Source of the DNA: Thermoplasmatota archaeon
GTDB taxonomy: Archaea; Thermoplasmatota; Poseidoniia; Poseidoniales; Poseidoniaceae
Assembly (NCBI GenBank): GCA_036160375.1
Contig: JAYYDY010000109.1
Location: forward strand, 1,677 to 65,676
Length of the DNA: 64,000 nt
Reading direction: 5' to 3'
In this document: positions 57,203 through 64,000 of the stretch, one piece after another
How the letters are laid out: each line of letters opens with the position of its first letter
How positions within the stretch are numbered: position 1 is the first letter of the stretch
Program-made: the position numbers and the translations under genes
Notes under the pieces: model-generated
Databases searched by the model: none
What the model saw: the letters and a program-made list of their open reading frames with translations, nothing else
Told to the model about the DNA's origin: nothing

Positions 57203-58417
57203 TCACGACAGGAGCAGCCGAACGCCAGCTTTGAGGGCGAGTGGTCGAAAGGCTGGGACCTGCTTGAGAAGGGCCATGCCCAACGGGACAGGTTTTTCGA
57301 TATCTCCAATGGCGTTGATCAAACTCAGGGTATCGGGGTGTGCGAAATTGACGAAATGCTTGTCGAGAACTTCATCGGTGCAATCACTCACCAACAGGTT
57401 TCGAAGGGTTCGGGCCCGGTCTTGTTCCTTTTTCATGGCGTTCCAAGGTTGTTTGGTGATGGCCTTGAGGTCTTTTTCCGTGAGTTGATTTGATTTGACG
57501 GCCGTTGCAAGTTCTTCGTGAATGCATTGAATTTGATGGAATCCTGGACCGATGCCACCACCTGTGGTGGGTTTTGCCATGCCGGCAGCATCACCAAGAA
57601 GCATAACTCGGTCTTTGACCGTGTGTTTGACCATGCCGGAGGGAACGGGGCCACAGTATCTTGCAATTTCCTGGGTGTGCTCAAATCGGTCTTTCCAGAG
57701 CGGATGGTCCATCAAATCTTGATAGCATGATTCAATGCTTCGCCCGTCAAGTCGGTCGGCTGTCGACCACAAACCGATGCGGTGCGTTCCAAATCCAGAT
57801 GGGATGACCCAAGCAAAGAAACCTGGTGCAATCGCACTTCCGCTGTACATTTCGAGCCAGCGATCACGCCCCTCATACCCAACCACTTCGGTTTGAAATC
57901 CAATCATGAGCTCCTTTGGCCGTCCCATCTTGAACGTTCGACGGGTCCAACTGTGAGCACCATCGGCTCCGATGAGAAGTTTGGTCGTGACGTGAACGGA
58001 TTCGCCACCACGAAGAACAGTCAAGCGGACACCTCCATCCTCTCGGTCTGCAGCGGTCGGAACGGTGTTCAGCCACAATTCAGCACCTGCTTCCATCCCT
58101 TGTTGGACCACGAATTGGTCGAATCGCTTCCTGCACACGACATAGGTCCGCAGCGTGCCTTCTGTTCCAACGGGTACCAGGGTGCCGCTTGGTCCATGAA
58201 TCAAGGCGCCGTCCACCTCCTCAAGCACCGTGTGGTGGCCTTCAACGACGTCCATGGCGCTTGGAGTGACGAGCCCTGCGCATTGGAACGGTCGACCGAC
58301 TTCCTCGTGTTCTTCGAGCATCAAGACCTTCAATCCATCTTGGCTTAGGAGGGTTGCCGCCCTTCCGCCGACAGGCCCGGCTCCAACGATGACAACATCG
58401 TAGTCCCAACGGTCCAT
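57203..58417 (-). CDS. geranylgeranyl reductase family FAD-dependent oxidoreductase (archaeal lipid saturation)
   Basis: YDVVIVGAGPVGGRAATLLSQDGLKVLMLEE (GxGxxG) and LLGDAAGMAKPTTGGGI. Start taken at MDRWDYDVV (58417). Confidence 0.85.
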   Translation of the reverse strand: MDRWDYDVVIVGAGPVGGRAATLLSQDGLKVLMLEEHEEVGRPFQCAGLVTPSAMDVVEGHHTVLEEVDGALIHGPSGTLVPVGTEGTLRTYVVCRKRFDQFVVQQGMEAGAELWLNTVPTAADREDGGVRLTVLRGGESVHVTTKLLIGADGAHSWTRRTFKMGRPKELMIGFQTEVVGYEGRDRWLEMYSGSAIAPGFFAWVIPSGFGTHRIGLWSTADRLDGRSIESCYQDLMDHPLWKDRFEHTQEIARYCGPVPSGMVKHTVKDRVMLLGDAAGMAKPTTGGGIGPGFHQIQCIHEELATAVKSNQLTEKDLKAITKQPWNAMKKEQDRARTLRNLLVSDCTDEVLDKHFVNFAHPDTLSLINAIGDIEKPVPLGMALLKQVPAFRPLALKAGVRLLLS

Positions 58418-58469
58418 GAAAATCCCTTGAGAGGGATGTGTTTCAACCTTCCTTCGCTGACGGTCCTGT

Positions 58470-61214
58470 TCACGAACGTTTTGCAAATTTGTAGCCAACC
58501 GACTGGTTCTTTTTCAGGTACAACGATGCGCTGAAGGGATTGCTCGTTTTCTTGGATACAAAGTCGTCAAACGGTCCGACTGAGCCGGTTTCGATCAGTG
58601 TCTTGGCTTCATCACGTGTCAGGTCGCGCTTCGAGATGCAACGTTCAATGTGAATCTTGCAGTCAGATGAACTGTCCTCAACCGTGTAATGGGTCTCGGT
58701 TTCAATGATGTTCGCTTTGGTTTTGGGGCACACGGCCACCACGCCCGGTACAACGGGAAAGCGTTTGGCGTCGGCAGCCGCTGCTCGAGGTGGGAAGTCG
58801 TACTTGACTCGGTTTTTGTCAAGTTTCAGGTAGGCGTTGAACGGCTTGTTTCGCCGAGAGGTGAAATCCTCAAGCAACGTTGACTTCCCCTCAGTGAAGA
58901 TGGGTTTGGCTTCTTCGGGCGTGACAACCCGCTTGCACATGATGTTCTGCATGCCTCTGAACGTGCACTCTGGGTTGTCGCATAGGTAGGCTGTTTTCGT
59001 GATTCGAATGGAGCCGTGGTCGCACACAGGACACGGGCAGAGGATTTCATCGTCTTCGCTCGCCTCGCCAGAGCCCGAGCCTTTGCTCACGACCTTCCCG
59101 TCTTTTTTGAGCTCAACCGATGCTTCGTAGCCTTCGCCTGTTTGAGAAAAGAAGCCGTGGAGGTTCTCAAGGCTCCCTGTTTCGATGAGTCGGGTAGCCG
59201 TGGTACGGTCAAACCAACGGCCGGAGGTGTCTTTCCAAAACACGAACGAACACCCTTTGTCTCGGCCTTCGTTGTGTTCGCATTGGTAGGCGAGGGTGTT
59301 TTCCATGATGTTCCCGCTGCATGAGGGACATGCACCGAGGGACGTCTCATTGAGGTAGAGCGTGTTGCGGTCGTGGTCGCGAATTCGATCAACCATGGTT
59401 TTCGTTTGTTGAATGATCTTCTCCATGTAGTCCTGCATGGGCGTCTCGCCGCGTTGAACAGAGAGGAGCGAGGCTTCCATGTCACCGGTTAATTCAGCGG
59501 ACGTGATCCACTCCACGGGAATTCTACGCAACACATCGATCATGCGGATGCCGTGGGGTGCAGCACTGATCGTACCGTTTCTTGAGCGGCGGATGTAGTT
59601 CCGATTGAGCAGTTTTTCGATGGTGTCGGCTCGGGTGGCGGGTGTTCCAAGCCCTTTTTCCTTCATGGCGTCGGCGAGATCATCGTCTTCGATGTGCTTC
59701 CCTGCGTGTTCCATCAACTGAAGCAGACTGGCTTCCTTGAGACGATTCTTGGGCTTGCTGAGTTCTTCAGAGAACTCGTGCGATTCAAGGGCAGCTGGAC
59801 ATGGATTGCCTGGGAGCGTGCCCCATCCTTCGGGCACCTTGTCCTTCTTGGGCACGACGGCTCGCCAGCCTGGCGTAGACAAGGCTTCTGCATCCTTGAG
59901 AAATTGGTGGCCGCCTTTGGTTGCCGTGCGCTTCGTGACCGTCCATTCGGAAAGCGGATGCCAGGATGCCAGGAAATTTCGTGCAATGAGGTCGTACAGT
60001 TTCGCGTGGTCGCCACCGAAGTTTTTGGGTGGTGTTTGACCGGTTGGCACGATGGCGTAGTGGTCGGAGACCTTGGCGTTGTTGAAGTTCCGCTTGGCGT
60101 TGGAAAGGCCCTCGGATTGGAGACGCTTGACATGCTCAGCATAATCGGGTTGGCCGCCAAGTTGGTCGAGTGTTTTGGCAACGGTTTCGTGCATGTCCTC
60201 GGGCAGATGCTTCGAATCGGTTCTCGGATACGTCGTCAGTTTGAATTTGTCGTAGAGGTCTTGCGCAACCCCGAGGGTCCGTTTGGCGGACCACGACCAC
60301 ATGCTGTTTGCGCGCTTCTGCAAGGTTGTGAGGTCAAAATTGAGTGGAGGCTGTTCCTTTTTGGTTCGACGTTGCTCTTCTACCGTGAAGTCTCCCTCGG
60401 ACGAGAGCATGTCTTCGATGGATTCCTTTTCGGTAGTGTCCATGATCCGGTGTGCTTTGTACTCTGGACGCTCGGGGTCATCTTTGTGGCCCGTGCGTTC
60501 CCAACGACCGACCCAGCGGGCATCTCCTGCGGCAAACGTTGCGTTGAGTTGCCAGTACGGCACCGGAACATGAGACAAGACCTCAAGTTCATGGTCAACA
60601 ACCATGGCGAGGGTGGCGGTTTGGACCCTGCCAAGTGAATTGGCAGAACGATCACGATTCTGTGGAAGTCGTGTTGCAATTCTGGAACCGTTCATGCCAA
60701 TGATCCAGTCGGCTTGAGAGCGGGAATACGCTGCATCACTGAGCGCTTGGTAGGCTTCCCCGGCTTCTCGGTTCTCGAAGGCCTGCAGCATAGCGTCATA
60801 CGTCATCGATTGCATCCACATGCGGGACGTCGGGGTTTTCACCTTCGAATGCTGAACGATGGTTCGGAAGATCAGTTCGCCCTCCCTCGCAGCGTCACAA
60901 GCGTTCACGATTTCCGTGACCGATTTGTCTTTCACGAGCTTCAAGATGGCGGAGAGTTGTTTTTTGGCTCGCCCGCTCTTGGGTTTGTACTGAAAAGAAT
61001 CCGGAATGTAGGGCAAACGGTCCACTGTTCCTCGCCAATTCTTGAACGCCTCGTCATAATCATCCATGTACTTGAGTTCAAGCAAATGGCCGATGGCCCA
61101 CGTAATGATGATGTCGTCGCTTTGCCAGTGTGTATCGGTTTTTTTTCCGACGCCAAGGACGTTGGCAAGGTCCTCGGCAACGCTGGGTTTCTCAGCAATG
61201 ATGACGATGGACAT
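58470..61214 (-). CDS. topA: type IA DNA topoisomerase (TopA/Topo III-like) with C-terminal Zn ribbons and repeat domains
   Basis: TOPRIM MSIVIIAEKPSVA and NACDAAREGELI. The active-site region is TTYPRTDSKHLPED. The C-terminus carries CPSCSGN..C, CPCPVCDHG..C and repeated F(T/V)S(R/K)..KPF.A.L.L modules. Confidence 0.9.
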   Translation of the reverse strand: MSIVIIAEKPSVAEDLANVLGVGKKTDTHWQSDDIIITWAIGHLLELKYMDDYDEAFKNWRGTVDRLPYIPDSFQYKPKSGRAKKQLSAILKLVKDKSVTEIVNACDAAREGELIFRTIVQHSKVKTPTSRMWMQSMTYDAMLQAFENREAGEAYQALSDAAYSRSQADWIIGMNGSRIATRLPQNRDRSANSLGRVQTATLAMVVDHELEVLSHVPVPYWQLNATFAAGDARWVGRWERTGHKDDPERPEYKAHRIMDTTEKESIEDMLSSEGDFTVEEQRRTKKEQPPLNFDLTTLQKRANSMWSWSAKRTLGVAQDLYDKFKLTTYPRTDSKHLPEDMHETVAKTLDQLGGQPDYAEHVKRLQSEGLSNAKRNFNNAKVSDHYAIVPTGQTPPKNFGGDHAKLYDLIARNFLASWHPLSEWTVTKRTATKGGHQFLKDAEALSTPGWRAVVPKKDKVPEGWGTLPGNPCPAALESHEFSEELSKPKNRLKEASLLQLMEHAGKHIEDDDLADAMKEKGLGTPATRADTIEKLLNRNYIRRSRNGTISAAPHGIRMIDVLRRIPVEWITSAELTGDMEASLLSVQRGETPMQDYMEKIIQQTKTMVDRIRDHDRNTLYLNETSLGACPSCSGNIMENTLAYQCEHNEGRDKGCSFVFWKDTSGRWFDRTTATRLIETGSLENLHGFFSQTGEGYEASVELKKDGKVVSKGSGSGEASEDDEILCPCPVCDHGSIRITKTAYLCDNPECTFRGMQNIMCKRVVTPEEAKPIFTEGKSTLLEDFTSRRNKPFNAYLKLDKNRVKYDFPPRAAAADAKRFPVVPGVVAVCPKTKANIIETETHYTVEDSSSDCKIHIERCISKRDLTRDEAKTLIETGSVGPFDDFVSKKTSNPFSASLYLKKNQSVGYKFAKRS

Positions 61215-61281
61215 ATGGAGAAAGCGCACCGACGACCATACTTGAACCCTCCTTCGTGAATCAAAGACAGTCTCACACGTG

Positions 61282-61302
61282 CATGAAATGTATCATTTCA
61301 TG
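61282..61302. promoter_or_regulatory. perfect 9-bp inverted repeat CATGAAATG-TAT-CATTTCATG
   Basis: Read directly from the sequence. It lies 68-88 nt upstream of the topA start and overlaps the stop codon of the upstream hypothetical gene. It could be a terminator hairpin or a dimeric-regulator site. Confidence 0.35.
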
Positions 61303-61738
61303 AGGCGTCTTGTCGGTGATTCATCATGGCTTGCCGGCTTGAACGCTCGTCCCACATCCCTTCGGTATGAGGTCCACCGCAGCCCAAACACCCCGGATAA
61401 CCTGCCCTGAGCAAATCATCGGCAATGGTTGAAATCGCCGCCCAGGCTTCGCTAGGCTCCATGAAGAGCCAGACCGTTTCGGTTCCCGGCTCGTCAAGGG
61501 AGCATCGTCCAAGCACGGCACCGGTTTCGGGTACAATCATCGCAATGGCGTCGGGGTTTCCAAGAACGAATTGTGGAAACATCGTTCGAGCGGGCTGAAC
61601 ATCGGACAATCGAAGGCTGAGGTCCTCGACGGATGCTCGCAGCCAATCTGGGCCCTCTACGACCAGGTCCTCGGTGCGAAGAACGATTCGAGCCAATTCT
61701 CGGACGGCAGGCCATCGCGGGTCCGATATTCTCATCAT
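61298..61738 (-). CDS. hypothetical protein
   Basis: The ORF runs to 61792, but that start overlaps the pyrD start, so Met-Met at 61738 is preferred. No motif is recognised beyond a C-terminal GCLGCGGPH. Confidence 0.45.
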   Translation of the reverse strand: MMRISDPRWPAVRELARIVLRTEDLVVEGPDWLRASVEDLSLRLSDVQPARTMFPQFVLGNPDAIAMIVPETGAVLGRCSLDEPGTETVWLFMEPSEAWAAISTIADDLLRAGYPGCLGCGGPHTEGMWDERSSRQAMMNHRQDAS

Positions 61739-61790
61739 TCTGCCGCAGGAGAGGCAAGTCTTGAAGGATGTCCTTTGGAACCTTAACCAC

Positions 61791-62912
61791 ATGGGCCTCG
61801 GCTATCGTTGGTTTGGACGCCCATTGCTTCGGTTTCAAGACTCGGAAAAGGCACATGGGCGTTCGCTTTCGATGTTGCGTTTTGCCTCGAACAATCCTTT
61901 CACTCGCGGACTGCTGCGGGTACTGTATCGACCGAAGGTCTCGATACCTGTAACGCTCTTTGGCACGGAATACGCCCATCCCTTCGGATTGGCGGCCGGG
62001 ATGGACAAAAACGCGAAAGCCCTTCGTGGATGGGAAGCAACGGGGCTCTCGTTCGTTGAGATCGGCGGCGTGACGATGCTCGAACAAGCGGGGAATCCCA
62101 AGCCCAGGATGTTTCGAGCGTCGCAATCACAAGCCCTGGTCAATCGGATGGGTTTCAACAACGACGGGAGCGAGAAGATCCAAAGGGCGCTCCAAAACCA
62201 TGTCAACAAGTACGGGCACCCAGGGATCCCAATATGGGTGAATCTCGGCAAATCGAAGGTGACCCCACTCGCTGAAGCGCATCTCGACTATGGAACCACC
62301 TTCGAACGGCTGTGGTCTTTTGGCGATGTTTTCGTGGTCAACGTGTCCTCTCCAAACACGCCGAATCTTCGGGAATTGCAAGACGATGAAGGCCTCGTGC
62401 GGATTCTCTCCCATTGCAAAGCAGTGAATCTTCGATGTTCAGAGACGCACGAATCCCCGCCCAAACCCGTGTTGGTCAAAGTCGCACCCGACATGACCGA
62501 TGAGCAACTGATTCACATCGCACAAACGGCTCGAGCCAACGGCGCAGATGGCATGGTGGTGTCCAACACCACCATCGAGCGTCCAGATACAACCAACGGA
62601 AAGGACCTCGCCGTGTTCCAAGAAACCGGCGGCATGAGCGGTCGTCCTCTACGGGAACGCTCTACCGCGATGATTGCTACCGTACGGCGTGCAACGGCAC
62701 CTGATTGGCCCATCATTGGGGTAGGGGGCATCTCCAGTGCGGAGGATGCTTGGGAGAAAATTCGAGCGGGTGCGACCCTGGTTCAGGCCTATTCTGGTTT
62801 TGTTTTCGAGGGTCCAGCCCTCACCAAGGCGGTTGTTCACGGACTTGCGAAACGGCTGGCTCAGTCGGGGTTCTCCACCGTTGAAGAGGCGATTGGTACT
62901 GGTCTCGCTTGA
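61791..62912 (+). CDS. pyrD: dihydroorotate dehydrogenase, class 2 (quinone-dependent)
   Basis: FGLAAGMDKNA, NRMGFNNDG, NVSSPNTPNLR (class-2 catalytic Ser), VKVAPD, GGMSGRPL and IGVGGISSAEDA, plus the N-terminal extension typical of class 2. Confidence 0.9.
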   Translation: MGLGYRWFGRPLLRFQDSEKAHGRSLSMLRFASNNPFTRGLLRVLYRPKVSIPVTLFGTEYAHPFGLAAGMDKNAKALRGWEATGLSFVEIGGVTMLEQAGNPKPRMFRASQSQALVNRMGFNNDGSEKIQRALQNHVNKYGHPGIPIWVNLGKSKVTPLAEAHLDYGTTFERLWSFGDVFVVNVSSPNTPNLRELQDDEGLVRILSHCKAVNLRCSETHESPPKPVLVKVAPDMTDEQLIHIAQTARANGADGMVVSNTTIERPDTTNGKDLAVFQETGGMSGRPLRERSTAMIATVRRATAPDWPIIGVGGISSAEDAWEKIRAGATLVQAYSGFVFEGPALTKAVVHGLAKRLAQSGFSTVEEAIGTGLA

Positions 62913-62948
62913 AAGAGGATTGTTAAGGGTGCACGAGGTGGAAACACC

Positions 62949-63344
62949 ATGTGGGCAAGGCGCACGAGGATTCTCGTCATCGGCGCCGTGCTGACCTTAG
63001 GGTTGTTGGCAACCGTTCTGCTTCAATCACCCGCTCCCACACAGACTGTAGACGAATTGATGGCATCTCCTGGCGACCATGTCGACCGAGAAGTCGCCGT
63101 CCGAGGTGAGGTTCGTGACGGGACCATTGACAACAACACCATGACCTTCATCCTCGAGGGCGGGACATCCTCACTGACCGTTCGATTCACCGATGCGATG
63201 GTGTCCAATGGCCTTGATGACAACCGTACGGTCTACGCTGAGGGCATCTTGCGATACGAGGATGAGGCCTATGTTTTTGATGCAAACATCATCAAAACGT
63301 CATGCCCCTCCAAGTATGAAGAAGCAGCGGGCGACGAGGAATGA
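62949..63344 (+). CDS. ccmE: CcmE-like haem chaperone, archaeal CxxxY variant
   Basis: N-terminal TM anchor (ILVIGAVLTLGLLATVLL), an OB-fold-like body (REVAVRGEVRDGTI...LTVRFTD...VYAEGIL), and C-P-S-K-Y where bacterial CcmE has HDENY. Confidence 0.7.
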   Translation: MWARRTRILVIGAVLTLGLLATVLLQSPAPTQTVDELMASPGDHVDREVAVRGEVRDGTIDNNTMTFILEGGTSSLTVRFTDAMVSNGLDDNRTVYAEGILRYEDEAYVFDANIIKTSCPSKYEEAAGDEE

Positions 63345-63358
63345 CGGCCTGCGCTGCC

Positions 63359-63366
63359 TTGATATA
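63359..63366 (+). promoter_or_regulatory. TATA box (TTGATATA) for the SRP RNA gene
   Basis: Centred about 28-30 nt upstream of the predicted SRP RNA 5' end. Confidence 0.5.
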
Positions 63367-63390
63367 GGCTGGCAGACGGGCGGTAGGTGG

Positions 63391-63692
63391 GATAGGTGGG
63401 GAGCTCGGCGTACCCTGAATCACAAATCGTCGTTATGGTGGACCGAACGCCTTGGGGCGGCGGAAGCGGCCGTAGGGTTCCCGTAGGCGGACGTTGATGT
63501 CTCGCCCCCACATGACTCGGGTGTCATGAACCGTCTCCGGAAGGAAACGGGGAGTGAATAACCGGGGGACTAGGTCAGGCCGGGAACGGAGCAGCCCTAC
63601 CTGGGGCCATGGGTGCTGTGGGGATCCGGGATGGAGGAAGCCTGCGGATTTGGCCTTGCGAAGCGCACGTCCACCCTTGGCTCTCCCACCTC
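63391..63692 (+). ncRNA. signal recognition particle RNA (archaeal 7S/SRP RNA, about 300 nt)
   Basis: The 5' GGUGGGGAGC pairs with the 3' GCUCUCCCACC as the closing helix. Helix-6-like CCGUCUCC-GGAA-GGAAACGG is present. The helix-8 core is AGGUCAGGCCG-GGAA-CGGAGCAGCC, with a GNRA tetraloop and conserved AGCA/GGUCA loops. No plausible ORF; ends are approximate by about 5 nt. Confidence 0.85.
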
Positions 63693-64000
63693 AGATGTCA
63701 AACACAACGTCGGCGTACCAGCCGGGGCCATCAAATGCCGGCACATCGTCCCACGGGCTGGACAACGTTTGACCTGCATGAACCTCGCCTACCACCAATC
63801 GATGTGTGGTGACCGCTTTGATCTCGATTTCACGCTCGATTTCATCCGCGTTGACGTACGAAACCTGTGCCACGGCCGTCAATCCGCCATCATCGTCGGT
63901 TGTGATTTTCACCATCCCGTCCACGTACCATTGCCTTTTCACCTCGGCCCGGTAGAGGATTTCATCCAACCAAGCCAGGTAGAGAAATTCTGCATCGGCG
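63691..64000 (-). CDS. 3' part of a hypothetical gene that continues beyond the window edge
   Basis: The frame stays open through base 64000 (..ADAEFLYLAWLDEILYRAEVKRQWYVDG..), with the stop at 63691-63693. No motif is recognised. Confidence 0.5.
   Translation of the reverse strand, partial: ADAEFLYLAWLDEILYRAEVKRQWYVDGMVKITTDDDGGLTAVAQVSYVNADEIEREIEIKAVTTHRLVVGEVHAGQTLSSPWDDVPAFDGPGWYADVVFDI

Noticed and set aside
1-64000. A whole-window scan for CRISPR arrays, transposases or IS elements, integrases, prophage genes, toxin-antitoxin pairs and rRNA genes.
   Set aside because: I recognised none in the ORF translations or in the intergenic sequences I read. A by-eye scan could miss short or degenerate elements.

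Overview
The window reads as a gene-dense, moderately GC-rich stretch of an archaeal chromosome. The gene content suggests a marine planktonic Thermoplasmatota-type euryarchaeote such as Marine Group II, but that lineage call is an inference. The archaeal assignment rests on the rpoE(Rpo7)-spt4-rps24e-rps27ae operon, archaeal-type AlaRS, RtcB, DtdA, geranylgeranyl reductase, a family-B polymerase, a roughly 300-nt archaeal SRP (7S) RNA, and GGTGAT-type Shine-Dalgarno sites. These sit alongside many bacterial-like metabolic genes: proline dehydrogenase, RmuC, PepP, class-2 DHODH, a type IA topoisomerase, and an MMPL/RND exporter. I call about 47 CDS, 2 tRNAs (Ser-GGA and Thr-GGU, both with encoded CCA) and 1 SRP RNA. 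I saw no CRISPR array, transposase, integrase or rRNA. Convergent genes abut or overlap almost everywhere, and three junctions are exactly TGATCA. The accessory content is dominated by very large secreted or surface proteins: a 1922-aa FG-GAP/CARDB-like protein, a 1030-aa thrombospondin-type-3 repeat protein, a PKD protein, and a lipoprotein combining TSP3 repeats with a PNGase F-like domain. The most interesting locus is 28.0-32.8 kb. It holds a small helical ORF translationally coupled to an exonuclease-motif-less family-B polymerase with a non-canonical motif C. That polymerase overlaps convergently with a RecA-fold P-loop ATPase, which is divergently paired with an intact Y-family polymerase (DinB). 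I propose this as a candidate archaeal damage-tolerance or mutasome-like module, conceptually parallel to bacterial ImuA-ImuB-DnaE2. All functional calls come from reading motifs by eye in the supplied translations. No database search was run.
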